From the NCBI RefSeq assembly GCF_964204645.1, contig NC_134029.1, forward strand, positions 23,492,950 to 23,556,949: 64,000 nucleotides of DNA. Reading direction: 5' to 3'. Both the position numbers and the translations under genes were made by a program. Origin of the DNA: Tubulanus polymorphus. Taxonomy: Eukaryota > Animalia > Nemertea. Numbering within the stretch: the stretch's first letter is position 1; each line of letters starts with the position of its first letter. The notes below the pieces were generated by a model, which did not search any database, had not been told where the DNA came from, and saw only the letters and a program-made list of their open reading frames with translations. This document shows positions 24,393 to 38,068 of this stretch, piece by piece.

Positions 24393-26372
24393 TCAGAAAT
24401 TGATGATCGGAAGACGACGATGTTTCAACCATTGATCGAACAGTTCCTCGTAAGAACCGAGTACGTCGCGAATAACGAAACGAAACGCTTGTTGCACTGG
24501 TTCCGTGCACATTTCTAATACGGAAAAAGACTGCGATAGTAAACAAACATATTCTTTCAGATGAGCGGTATTTTTCAGATCGTCGTGGCAATATTTCGTC
24601 AGGCTCCGCAGCGTTTTTTCAACCTCTTTGTCGCCGCAAAACAGTTTTTGAGCGTAGCAATTCAGCGTTAGGTACCAGTCCTGAAGAGCGTTCGATCGGG
24701 AAGTGCTTTCATCCATGAATAAATCGCTGTAATATTGCGACGATATGTTGTCCATTTTCGTCCTCTGTTCGCTGTAACAAATTGGCAGTTCATCGAACGC
24801 TGCGTATTTCCGATAGAACGTCAACATTTTTTCCTTTTCGATTTTCTTCACTTTTTCCGATGTCACTCGGTTCTGGTCGTGTTTGACGAGTAGACCTTCT
24901 GTTTTATTCTCAGAAATGAACGTGCTCAGTTTCTCCGTTGACTCGACCGGTGTCACCGAGTTCTCGGGTACTTTCGAAGCGGCTATTGTTTTTATTTGCT
25001 GATTCACAGTTTGCCAAATCTGAAGCCGTCTTTCTCGATGTTTCCTCACTTCCAGCCCTGTGAAATTTTGCCTTCGAGGGGTTTGTTTATTCGAACTAGT
25101 CCCCGCCGACAACAAATCGTCCCAAGTCTCAACTACAGAAATATTCGAAGGTTCCCGATCAAGCCGCTTCAAAAAACGAGGCGTTCTAGGGCTTATTCTC
25201 GACTTGGATATCTTATAACCGGTAGTTGCACCGACAGTAGAGCCTATAGTTCTCCGTCGATGAAACTGGCTGCCATAACTCATCATCTCGCGTCCATAGA
25301 CCTTCGAGATTCGCAGTGACATGACATCCTCACTACTCAACGGTCGCCGCGATCGTAAATCCTTTACTTTCATGTTATGTATCGACACTAGAATCGTATT
25401 TATGTATTTCAATTTCGTTTTCCAATTCGTCCGTTTTCTATCGTCGCCATCGAAAACTTCGCAAGTCATCAATGATAACGATTCGTGTTCCAGCACATTT
25501 GATCGCGTTCCTTCCGAGTCGATTAAAGTAGATAATCTCTTCATTACGGGGCCACTAGTTACATCTACGTCATCTTGACTCGCATTTTCAAACTCTGCTG
25601 TGAGATATTTGTCGCAAGGTAACCCCGCCTTTATAGCCATTATGCGCTTCTCTGTTTTGGTGAGTAATTGTCTAACGGCAGTGAGACCCCCTTCGTGTCG
25701 TCTGGTTTCATTTCTCAACGCTAGAACAGAGATTTCACGACCGCTGTTTGTTTTCACGAGCTCCATTTTCCGCTTACCGCGACTTGACTTCTTCTTCACC
25801 TTTTCTGGGCTCACCGGGAGAGACCTCGGTCTGATTTGGTCGACCCATGCGGGCTTCACAATTCTGGAAGCCAAATCGAACACGTGGAAGCTTACATACA
25901 AGTGTATCAGGACAGATTACTACCTGAGCGCTTTATCTTTGTTTTTGATATGGAATAATACGTATGACATGAATACAAGCAGAGGGAATCGGGATAATCA
26001 TGTTGGAAAAGATTGTAGGTTGTTGGGCAAATGACTACGTATATTATGCCGAACTAATGATAAGCGAATATTGGTTCGGGGTTGAATTTACCTGTACGTC
26101 AACTCCCTAGGGTCGGCTATAACATCCCCTAACGATCTGTAAACCTCGGTATCTTTGCAGAAAAACCCGTCCTTCAAATTTCGCTGTCGTCTGTCAAAAT
26201 TATGCTGCCATTTCTCGTGACGTAGCTCAGTTATAAATGTGCGACTGTTGCGAGTGTGTACATGTTTGAACTCCTCTTCGCAGATGGGCACCGCCATGAA
26301 ATCAGCCCTTAATGCCCTTATCATTTCCTGGTCTAAAGTAGTTTCGTCAAGTTTGAATCTGAAATTAGCCAT
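24393..26372 (-). CDS. Uncharacterised protein, about 583 aa. Exons: 26372-26092 and 25863-24393.
   Basis: The second exon is a 1.47-kb stop-free reading frame. The upstream exon MANFRFKLDETT...ELTYR ends at a phase-2 donor AG|GTAAAT that joins the acceptor CTTCCAG|A in frame (1752 nt total). AATAAA at 24290-24285. No family recognised. Confidence 0.8.
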
Positions 26373-27323
26373 TTCGGATGCGAGTCCAACAGACACAGCA
26401 ATCAAACAATCAAACCACGTCTGGGTGGTTAGTTTCTCCCTTTTAAACTGTATATCAATCCATTTTCTTAGATATTTTATCAAAACAAGAAAAAAGTGAA
26501 AAGGTACCACTGCGTAATGGACTTTGATGGTGGTACCTAGGCAACGGTTGCAGCGTGTCCTGTGTCGCATTACCACTGGGTAACCAAGTGCAGCAGTCGT
26601 GCAGCTTAAAGACAGAATACTGTCATAAATACGAAAAAGGAAACCGCGAAACCTCCAGACAATCATACCTCACAAAAGAATATGACGACTTGAGGCCAAA
26701 TCTTCAGAAAATGAATATTTTCAACGTTTTTCTGCGTCTTGAAATATCAAATTCTCATCTTTTGTGTTGGGTTTACCATTGAATGAAGATAGCGCAACAA
26801 ATTTAGATTCAATTTTAAAAGGTATTCATTTTCAGCTGAACAGTATCAGGTGACAGTGATGCAGTTTAGAATTAAATAATCTTCGATCTTAATTCAACTT
26901 TCCACCTCCCGAAATGACTTCTGGTTTTCATGAAGTTTAATTACGCGTTTTATCAACTCCCCTGAGACACGAATTTAGATGATTTCATTCCCTTGACGGC
27001 TGGAAACGTTTGATTAAAAACCCACAAAAGCGACGATTTCAGGTGCGCCATTCGCAAATAGTTACATCTTCATTCTTCGGATGGTTGTTGCTTAGTAACA
27101 TCATCATCATTTTTTTCGATCCAAAAAGGTGCGCTTAGTTTAAATTGATCTCCTTTTAATGGCAATCTGCGATAGCAATTGTGTAAAGGTAGGGTAGCGC
27201 TTTCTCATCAAGTGTTTCGCGCGATTTGGTTTATTCTATCTTCAGGAATAGGAATGACAAGCTTATAACCGTTCGAAACCGCTTTTATATATTGGCAATT
27301 ACTAGGCGTTAGGGGTACTGCGT

Positions 27324-27582
27324 GAGTCGATGTGCACTACGTCATCAATATTGGCGTTTCAAAGCAACAATTACAATTGTGAATTTTGGTGTTTATTCTG
27401 TAATCTAATTATTCCTTAGCCGAACTGATTTCAACTCTTGAGTTAGCTCCATTAAAATCAACTGATTTGAACTGAGAGTTATTAGAATTGATTTTATAAT
27501 TAGAAACATTTTCTTACTCATATTTTCTAAACATTGAATTTTGATGTCTTTTGAGTGGATGTGCACTACGTCATCAATATTG
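27324..27582. repeat. 30-bp direct repeat (27324-27353 and 27553-27582) from a dispersed family also present inverted at about 1835-1890
   Basis: gagt(c/g)gatgtgcactacgtcatcaatattg occurs twice. The reverse complement of 1835-1890 reads gtgagtcgatgcgaactacgtcaccaatattggcgtt. Confidence 0.65.
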
Positions 27583-28519
27583 TGGCTAGACTGATTGCTT
27601 GCCAATTCAATTCAATTATTCATGGTGACAATAAACTTTCTAGTTAGTTTTCTTTTTTAAAAACATCTTCTCTGGAATCAAATAGTCATGAGTTATGATT
27701 TGACTCTGGGTTAAAACATCGAAAATGAACTAATTTCAACTCAGAGTTAACTCTAATTCACAACTGTGGAACTGGGTCCAGGAGTCCAACGTAACCGTGG
27801 AACCGAATAGAAATTCTCGGATTATTGACCAAAGATAGTTTAATTTATTCAAACTTTTTCCAGAAATTTTGCAGGCAGAACATATGATACGTCGTTAATT
27901 TGTTTGGATTCATTTCAGCGCACATGGAATCCTTACAAATGTCAAAATGAGTTGAATATCTGAAATCCGATTTACCCGTAAACAAAAGTTTAATTTGTGA
28001 AGCCGTACGCGGTGAGAGGCGGTTATTTTCTCATCAAACCCTGTTTTTAAGGATGAATCGGGGACGAAGCGAAATTTTTAACATGTTTACAATATTCGTT
28101 TCATCTAAGCAATAGTTCAACATAATCATAATCGTGAACGTGCTTTGAGAAAAATATCTCCCAATTTCTTTGCTCAGGGGAATTTAACGACGCGTTTTGA
28201 AAATCCTGGCCAATAAGGATAGTGAACTGGTGTTAATTATTTGGTGCCTATTTCACGCTACAGCGGCATCTCTTCATAACGACAGTTTGCACGTCAGTTG
28301 GAAGTTGACGCATGTATCCAATATAGCAATAATATCGTAGGCTGAATGCCAACGTTCCACTTTAAAAAAATCCTCAATCCTCGATCTGTCAAAATACTCA
28401 TCCTATTGCTTTAAACACATGTCATTACGAGGATCGGCGACCAGTGTCGAGGTCTATGAATCATCATTTACGATTATGTTTTGCTGATGGTTGATATTGT
28501 GATGATAAAGCTATTGTCG

Positions 28520-29934
28520 TCATTATCTCACTGAAGAAACATCTCGGACTATTCATATATTGCCTCCATGTTGAAGCTGTCGGTAGCGTACTTGAATGAC
28601 ACCCCTTTGAATTGAATATGGTCCGGTGACGCAATATGGTCAGGTCCACCTCCCTGGGTGACGTAAGTAAGTCACTATTGTCCATAACGCAGTAGTATCC
28701 ATTAAATCGTTGAAACGTCTTTTTTCCTAGACCACCATTATCACATTAAGTACGACCGTCAAACGATTCGGCTCCGGGTAGACCGTGCCTGCAGGTGACT
28801 AACTTGCGTTTATGTAGTACCATTATCCCCGGCCATACTGATGAAACTCGACATTTACCACAAGGCTTTCCTGTCGAGAATAATTAGCAAATCTATTTGA
28901 TCCATCTCTTTTTCGGCAAAGCGCGCGCACCATTCAATTTACCACATCAAATACCATTCATCAAAATCCATTTTACACTCAGCAATGAACCTATCTTGTT
29001 TCGTATATCCTAATCTACGAAGATAGTCAAGTAAGTCGCAGATCTTGATTTCAGATATTAACTTCTTGTACCAGCGATGAAGACATTTCTTAAACAAGAA
29101 CCGGATATACACCAGTAACTGACTGAAGAATTCATTCGTAGACAATTTGAACTTAGCTCTCATTCTGACCCAGATCGATATGATAATCACATTGAGCTGT
29201 TCTTTTTATCAAATCTGTATCATTTCGATGTAAAAAAAACCTACGTAATTTTTTGCTCATGATTAAATCTTCCAAAGCAAATCTCGTTGTTTTCGTTTAT
29301 ATTCTCTGTCTACGCGTAAATACTGTAGCTATATATTTTCTGTAGGTTGTGGATTCCGCTCGATGCCGACGCGGAGTCTATTGCAGTGGGTGGATTACTT
29401 ATATGAGACCTGATGATTACTCCAAGATGAGACCATTCCCGAATGCCCACAATCCCTATTATCAACAAATTGGAGAAATCAATCCGTAATTTATGCATTC
29501 CATACATTCATAACTTTAATAGCTGTCCATTTCATTCATACTGATCTTTTCTAGTTACGCGGACATTGTTAATCGACCTCAGACAATCAAAATGCTGGTG
29601 TCAATGCTTGTAATTGTGATTTCAAATTACGTAGATTTCGTGTTGTGAAGGGCTTTGCTCGAGTTCGACTACACCAAGTGTTCTTTCAAGCTGATACGAT
29701 CAATAGGAGAAAATCTTGAGAATTCTATCTCGAATGAATACTTTCTGAAGCTAAACAAATTGGACGCGTAGAAACAACTCATTATCAGAACAAAACGTCT
29801 TTCTCTCTTTTCTCTCATTTCACGTTCTGTTTGTCTTAGTTCAACGTCAACAGTAGAAAGTAATTCCATCATCTTGGAAGAAATTAACGAGGTCCAGTGA
29901 CGTACACTGTATCCGAAATCAGCGATCGTCCCAA
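28520..29934 (-). pseudogene. Possible decayed multi-exon gene of unknown family
   Basis: Exon-like blocks with splice signals. The phase-2 join WYLM-TG|gtaaat to cctgcag|G gives W-HGLPGAESFDGRT*CDNGGLGKKTFQRFNGYYCVMD, with in-frame stops and apparent 1-nt frameshifts. Confidence 0.3.
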
Positions 29935-32900
29935 CTTAAATTAACAACTGTATGGTTCCTTAATGTAACCAAGCGTTTAACTGGGAAGCGAAGCGAAATA
30001 AACAAACAAGGCGTAATACGAAGAATACGAAATTCACTTTTTTAGAAAACGATAGGATTGTTTATGGTTCAGATGAATTAAGTATCTCCGACATGTGCAA
30101 GAAGTCATAAAGTGATAGATAGAATATAAAATCATTGATAAAAAAAGATAGTGGAAAATAACACTTAATTCATAAAATATAATATGAGAGTTAAGAGTTA
30201 AGATATACAAAAATAAGAAGATACATTTATTCTTGCTTGAGATGAGTTAAAAGATAAGTTTGATGTGAGACTTGATTCAAATATGTGTTAAAATCTACCA
30301 TTCTTTTTTATTAAGAAAAGCCTTTTTATTGTCGTGAATACTGCGTTCATGTTCAGTCCGTTCATACCGCATTGAACCTTCGAGTTAAGATAACTGCTCG
30401 AAGATTGAACCGATTTCAGCCGTGGTTGTAAATAACGGTTTCTCAGAATTCGCCTTCATCGTTTATTCAAAGCTGAAAGGGGAGACTTGCAATCTCAGAC
30501 CGCAGCATCACGTCCACTTCCAATAAGATATTCATTTCTAACAATTATTCATATCAACTGTTATGCAACATATTCATTCCATATTATATCAATATATACG
30601 ATGCGTTTGTTTGAAAGAAAATCTTGCATTGATGTATGAGTTTTCGAGTCGATTAACCGAATAACCGAATTTCACAAGAGCCCAAAGCGAAACCCACCCT
30701 TGAAGGCCTTAGATTAATTGTAAACGAAAATTTTTTCGGGTTTTCACGCTTAAGAAGTTGCGTTCGGCGGCATAGGGAATATTAGCGAAACTGGGGTCGT
30801 CGTTCAGAATAATTTATCATCCGCAAGAACGTCCGTTTCCATTTCTGACGGATGAACTTCATTAACACGTTGAGGGTCAAATACTGGAAGGAAACACGGG
30901 GAGTGCCGTCTAATTCCGGCGACGGGTGACGGGCGTAAAAACTATATCGACCGATTTCAACCCGCAGTCATTTATCAAACTGTTCAGGCGGAGAGAATGA
31001 AAATTTACTAGAGCTTCGAATTGTCGCCGCGAGTATTAAACAGGGGGTGAGTAGAATTCATAAGCCCGTGCGTAATTAACATGTAAGCATTATCAGGCAA
31101 TATTTCAGGTTTAAGATGAAAAACTCTTAGAAAATACTGGTGTATTCTACATTGGAAAAGGTTTTATGATTTTATTTCACTCCGCTATTCTTATCATCTA
31201 GGTCGATATCTAATTAGTCGTTCAGAGACTCGCATTTGTCACCCGGGGTATGTACGCGTGTTGACGTGTGTTCATTTTGGACCGTTTTTTTCTCACGGCT
31301 GAAATAGTCCATTAATACTTATCATCATCAATCATTTCGTAAGGAAAGGAGTGGTCTAAATATCATGTCACGATCTATTCTTTAACTGAATGGCGCGAAG
31401 GAAACATCTGTATGCGTTTTACCGATGATACATTGTCCGAAAGATAAAAGAAAAATAAGTCCTTTGTGTAGTGCAAACGATAAGCAGTGATGTCTACCTC
31501 TTTTCGTGTCTGAAAGACGCAAAAAACACTGATAATCTTCTACCCGTTATAGCGCACCTATACTAGACTTACTCTTTGACAGCCATATTTCGACGACTGA
31601 TTATTCTCAGATAAATGTATTATGATTTAGATTTATCCTTAGCGGGTTTCTTGAGAACACGGTCATAAATCCGTTGTCTTCGACTACGTGCATGTTGGCG
31701 GTGTCCATGGCTAGTGCACGGCCCACTCACTGATACGTAATGAGTTAGAATATGTACGACCAGGCTGAAGGGATTGGTGTAGGAAAGTGTAGGAAAGTGT
31801 TTAACCGTGTCTGAGGAAATCAACAGTTAGTCGAGGGTTGATAAATGAATCATCAGCTGAACACGACGCGGTTATTTTTCATCCTTTATTGCGACTTGTT
31901 GTGCTTTACCACTGCAGTCGGTCACCGATGAATCGCTCACAATAAATGATTAATACTTCTCGCAGTGTTTCGCCTGTAAATTACTATCGACGTTCTTTCT
32001 CGTCGACACATTTTCTTTGTTTCAAGACACACGGTGCCTGTGCGGTCGCTGTCGTAAAATTAATACCGGAACCTCCCACTGAGTGTGACTAGTTGTTTCC
32101 CTTTTCGTCTAATCTCTAGGGTCGTGTATTGAATAACTGTAAAAATATCCGTCCGCCTTACATCGCCAATTCAGACATAACTTCTTTGTAGGTTTTTTTT
32201 GGAGCGGGAACAAATGCACTTCGAAGAAATAGAGATTACTGGCGAAATATTGGAAATAAATGACGATGATATCTTCTTAAGATGGTTTCCACGATTTGAG
32301 TTGACGACGAGTATTTAGAAGTCAAATGATATTCCGATGACTTGTATTTACTGAGGAGACAAACTTGAGACAGAATTCTAAAGTCTATGTTGTAAACATG
32401 CGGGATCTCTTTTGGTAATATGTGAATGCGTGTATTACATCTGTAATACCTATCATCGCATTCAGTATCCCCTGCGGGTGATCAAACAAATCTCATTTTA
32501 AATAAATTTCGTCGCAGAATTAACTCCCTAGCGTACAGGTCAAGGTCGTTTTTTAGTACGTCTCTCATCATGTTTTTCCTCTTATTGGACTTGTATTGGA
32601 TGGTCGTGGTTGTGGCCTCGGGAAACCAGACCTCATAGCTTACAGCCGACGAGATGAAAACGATGACTAAAAAATTGAGTTTCAATTTCTGTATCGCTGC
32701 GACAATCACATCATATCGTTCGGCATATTTGCTGCATCCTTTTTTGCTGATGCGAATACCGTTCCGTCGCTACAGCCTAAAGCCACTTTCGTATAGTTAA
32801 AAAACGACGAACGTTTTCTACCGCGGTACTTTCCCGAAGAAGACGATGACATAAGTCGCTTGTGTCGAGATCATCGGTGGATATCAACGCATACGAACAT

Positions 32901-35900
32901 ATATCAACTCCTGAGGATATTGAAAGAAGAGAAAGAGACAAAGGATATTGCCTCGCATTTCGTGTAAAGAAACCGATAGAGCCCTATCTAATATAATTTT
33001 CTGTCGCCCTTTGAACTGGTGTTATATTCCTATTTTCCCCTTCCCGACTATACAGTTTTATTAACGACATTTCGGTACATTCAATTCTCTAAATGTTTAA
33101 TATGCCGAATGAATACTCGTATTAACATTACCTTCCGTGTGCCGTGGTTTCACGGAATAAATAAAGCGCGTGCCCCGCAGATATATGAAAATTAACAAAG
33201 ACGCTCTAAAAACGAGGCGGCAGTCAGTATCGCGGGTATCTTCGTATTTCTCGATTCGGACAGTATCAGTAGAGAGAAAAAAAGCGTTCCAGCGATAACT
33301 AAGAAGATTTGCCATTAAGTCGAATATCGAGTATCGACAAATCTGTAGTCGTTTATCTTTTTCCCACGCAACGAAGCCATTACTCTGTCGGCCGATAGAA
33401 GGACGTTTAACTATTATGACCATAGTAAAAGTATTGCCCATTCTAGGTCAATATCAAAAATGTTTTATTCTTGACAAAATCAGACTACTTGTCTTATATA
33501 GAGTTTTTATTGAGCTTTTTAAGCATTTTTGCTTAAGCGACACACACTAAAATATCAGTCTGACATTTTCATTATCGACAATGCATATATATGCGATTTT
33601 ATTTTGTGCTAGATACATACGAAGCCATTAAACTCTTAAAAATGGTTGGATGAGTTGACCGTGGGTTTTTCGAATGTAAGTAGCAGCCGCAATTATACCG
33701 TTCAAGATGCATTAGATCTAGCTAGTTGAACACTTGCTGTCGACCTCTGCCATACATTTCCTCCTCATTTTGCGTCAAAACCGTTGAATAACGTCCATTG
33801 ACTCGGAGATAAACGACATACAGGCATTGAACAAAACAAACACAGAAAACATCTCTTATGAAAGCTATCCTGTTCAAATCGAGGTTCTCGACATCATACG
33901 TCACTTAGGTTTTAGAACCGACGAATGTATATCTATATGTATATTTGATATATTATCGGTTCACGAGGATGCGATGTAACTGTAACTGTGAAGTAATTTC
34001 GACAGGATATGTACCGGTAGTTTTATTTGACACAATGGTGATATATAACGTCGAACGGTCAATTGATATTCAGAGGATGAAATATATGTAAATTTATCGC
34101 GTGGTCGTGATTCTCATATTCATACCTAACGCCTCCACTTCATCCAAACAATTAATCTTCTATATATACACACAAATCCCACGCATAACATATCATACCT
34201 TTCCGTATGGCAAACCTGCGAGCCATCTTACCCGGGGCTAAGGGCTAATAGGCACTAATACCTACTGTATTTATGACTTTTTTTGCAAAGCCATGGTCGT
34301 TCTATCGGTTGTAAGCGCTCCAGCACCGTGATGACTTTCTGCGGAATTCACCCGTTCGTTGTCAACGATATGTAAGAGTTCTGAAAGCCTGTGAAAGATT
34401 TATCCTCGTTGACAGTACAGAAGAAACGCCCTGACTTACATCTCGTTTTACGTTTGCCAGGGATACGCGTTCTGTGGGTCGGTGACAAAATCAACAGTAT
34501 GAGATAATATGATACATACATGACTCAATATAAACTAATATAGCTATTATACAGCGAACCGATCTCATTTCGTAAACATTTATCACATCCAATTTTATAT
34601 CATTACTTTGTAATGAACGTTTTCGATAACCATTTCCTATATAAGTTTCCAATCGTATAATTAGATTGAATCGTGCAATGATATTTTCATAGGAAAGGTG
34701 TTATGGAAGTTTCGTATTTTGGACGAAGGAGACACGATGATTTTCTTCTCCATGCTTATCAACGATGACCGATGAGGACATCGTATAATAGAAGATCACC
34801 ATATCCGGCTAATGTCTACTAATTATGAATTACGGTACTGACTGCGTTACTTTAAAGTTTCTTCACTGCAGATGAAAGGAAAGATTTTCTTAGATATCTT
34901 TCTTGTCATTATCGGAGAGGTAATCAAATGATGATAGCTATAACGTACTAACGAATGGGTAAATGTCGTGTCGATGGTCGTATACGTGTATTCGAATTCG
35001 CGTCGCGTTTTCTATCGCAGCGGATATTTCGGTTTTCATCGTCGGTGTTGAACGTCCGTCTCTGCAGTAACGTCATTACACACACACATAGAGCTTCTCT
35101 CAACCCGCATCGTTACGTCCATCGTAAAACCGTTATTTCGACGCGAAGATATTCCGCATTTGTCCCGGTCCGTACGTACCTAGTTAACCTACGACTATCA
35201 CCGATAAACATACACGCGAAGTGAAGCTGTTCTTTTTTATCAATATCACTGATTAATTGCGGTATTCCTATTATTCTGAATAAAACAATAAACCACCAAG
35301 ATAACGCGCAAAACTACGGAAGCGTCCTGGGGACATGAATAATCTTTAAAAAAGACTTTTGCCGATGGAAAAATCATAGAATTAGACAAAAATTAGAATT
35401 CAATAAAAATTCGAAATTTTGTAAAATTGTATGTTTTCTCAATCGGCGGCTATCTAATCCCGACTTTTTTCACGGAATTGAATAATTTTTTAGATTTCGT
35501 TTCATCTTTTTTTGACCGGTGGCCATTTAATTCCGACTTTTTATGATGTAATCGAATCTTTTGAGTTAGAATATATTAACAGACTTGGCTCCGATGACTA
35601 GAGATTTTCCCCGTGACGCGTGACGTTTGAGTGCACTATGTGTACTACGTCACTATTCTGTCCATTTGTTTGGCGCGAAATATATTATGACATTAAGGAA
35701 ATGCCGAGGTGTTGATTAAAAACGCAATTGTGACACACTTAAGAAGCAATACGTTGACTCGATTAACTGCCGTGACAACATATCTTAAAGGATATCTTTA
35801 GCCCAGTCGATGGAACTTCCTCAAGCTGATCAAAATTACAATGAAAAAACCGTGTAAAATTAATATTCTTCTTTTTGAAGTTTGAAGACTAGCCATTATA

Positions 35901-37234
35901 CACCCATAGTCGGGTTGGTAAATGCCTCGTAGACGAGTAAGTTTGCCGTTATAGATTTTAAAATTCCGTAGATAGCACCTAAGATATCAAATATCTTTGG
36001 CGAAGGCCGCCAGCTATTCGAAAGACACAAAATTACTTCGGGAAGTACTCAGATTTTGACCCCTGGATCCACCACTGAAAACACTTTACGTATCATTTAT
36101 ACAGTATTTTCTCATCAACTATATTATAATGTCGGATACCGGATGAATTCTAACGCGCACCGTCTGTTAACAATCCAACAGTTTCTAGTGTAATATCAGA
36201 GCGAAATCGAAAACTAGTAACAGGTGATTTCTATAATGCTTCAACAAATTATTTTTCGAGTGCTCATCGTAGATTCTTCTATATATGCCATTGGTACACA
36301 GCCATTCGATAATTGACCATTATGAAATTCATGCAACGTGATGAAATAGTACACGCATAGGCTTATATAGGTATCGAAATAGCTTTCTCAAATCTATAAA
36401 CATGAGTGGTTAGTCGTTGAACGTTGTGCAGTATCCTCGGCGTGTTACGATTAAATTTCCTATTTTGACACTTTCTATTGGCGTGGGCTTCCGCGAGAGT
36501 CAACCAAACACTGGCAAGCGAGGATGATTTTTGTTGCAAAATGTCGTCTTGATAAAGACATCTTTAAACCTCGGTGTTCTAAAATGAATTCATCCCCGGT
36601 TCTTAGTAGGTACACGTACATAGTTTGAAATATGACCCGCCAAGTTATTTGATGTCGGAAAAGATAAAAAGAATTTTTACGTACGTATTTGCTGTGATAT
36701 TTGATGTTGGCAATATAATTCGATATACACACAGCATATACGCAGAATCACACATGTGATCATTACGGTTGTCGGGTCTTGCTTGATTGAGTGACAGAAC
36801 ATGATTCGAATCAGACTTGTTTTCTCATCTAGTATATAGCACTTCTCGGGGATTTCATCTTAAAACGAACAATACTATAGACGATCGATTTGACGACAAA
36901 ATACTGAAGACATTAACGATTAAGTATTCTTCCAACTGAGCTGAAAAGGTGAATGTGGTTTCATCAAATCTCTGATGTTTATTAGTTCAGAACTAAACAC
37001 GCAATGAAACGTAAACGGTAATCTTTTTCATCCCTTTTACATCCGAAGATTATGGTGGTGAAAAAATTCATTACGAAATTAAGAAATACTGGATTAAAAA
37101 TGAAATCGATGAATATTTTTGTATGATTTGCAGCATATTTTCCGTTTGGACTATGGTTTCGCGGTAATCCAGATAATGTCGTATTTGACGATTGATTTGA
37201 TTAGTTCGTATCGATCTCCGGTAGTGAATAACTG

Positions 37235-38068
37235 TGACGTCAGAGCAAGCGCAGTTAACGCTCAGCTAACCGCGTTGTTTCCATAAGACTTTCAGAGACC
37301 ACCAGAAGTAAAGCACCAGCACCGATCACCAACGCAAACCGTGTTTTTCGATGATGGGATTGTTTTTCTTATTTCAACTACAACAGGTTGTATCTGCTGT
37401 ATACAACAGACGGGCTGGATAGAACGCGGTTTATCGTACTGAGAATCGATCGTAAAAAACTCGAGGATTTTGGAAATGCGGATATCTAACGTAGTTTATA
37501 GTTAATCAATAGACATTTAAACTACTGTGGAAATTTTGCGAATTTTCTTTCGACCGTTCATTCGAAATTTGGTAGAATTTTCTGTGGACGCGCTGATGTG
37601 AATAGACCGAGAGCCAATCAGGATTGAGAGAGCGATATATCAGCGGTACTTGATTAAAACATCGCGTGACAAGTCGGGGTGAACGTGTTTACCAGTCAGC
37701 AAACTAACTTCGCACAACTGTTGCGTCTTGTATGAAAAAAAAATCTTTTTGATAACGAGCTAAGAATATCCGTTTGTAACGTAATTTCATAGAATAGGAG
37801 TACTTCGATCATTTAGACAACAGATTGCTGATACTTGTTGTAGATTCCAATATGGTGCGATAAACCGCATCAGCGTTGTTTTACTTTCTGGAGTTTTTCA
37901 GTGGTATTTTCTCTTTGACCAGTGACAGTTCTAGTTAACTCGAACATCTGGTTTTGTGAATGTATTCGTCTCCAAACGAGGACCTAGGACAGAAACCTGG
38001 TAAACGTCGTATAAACGACTCTATGGATTTGTTCCGATCAGACTGAAAATGAACTGCACAAACGTAAA
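37235..38068 (+). other. Probable promoter (CRE at 37235-37242) and non-coding first exon of the downstream corazonin/GnRH-type receptor
   Basis: TGACGTCA is followed by about 0.8 kb of CpG-rich sequence with no long ORF, ending at a consensus donor AAA|GTAAGT (38069). The receptor's first coding exon starts at an acceptor (54709), so an upstream exon must exist. The link between the two is inferred. Confidence 0.35.

Noticed and set aside
24996-26499. Plus-strand ORFs opposite the uncharacterised gene
   Set aside because: Antisense shadow ORFs with no independent support.
28838-28885. CUGAUGA followed by a CTCGACA/TGTCGAG stem, hammerhead-like
   Set aside because: Spacing is wrong and there is no GAAA box after the stem.
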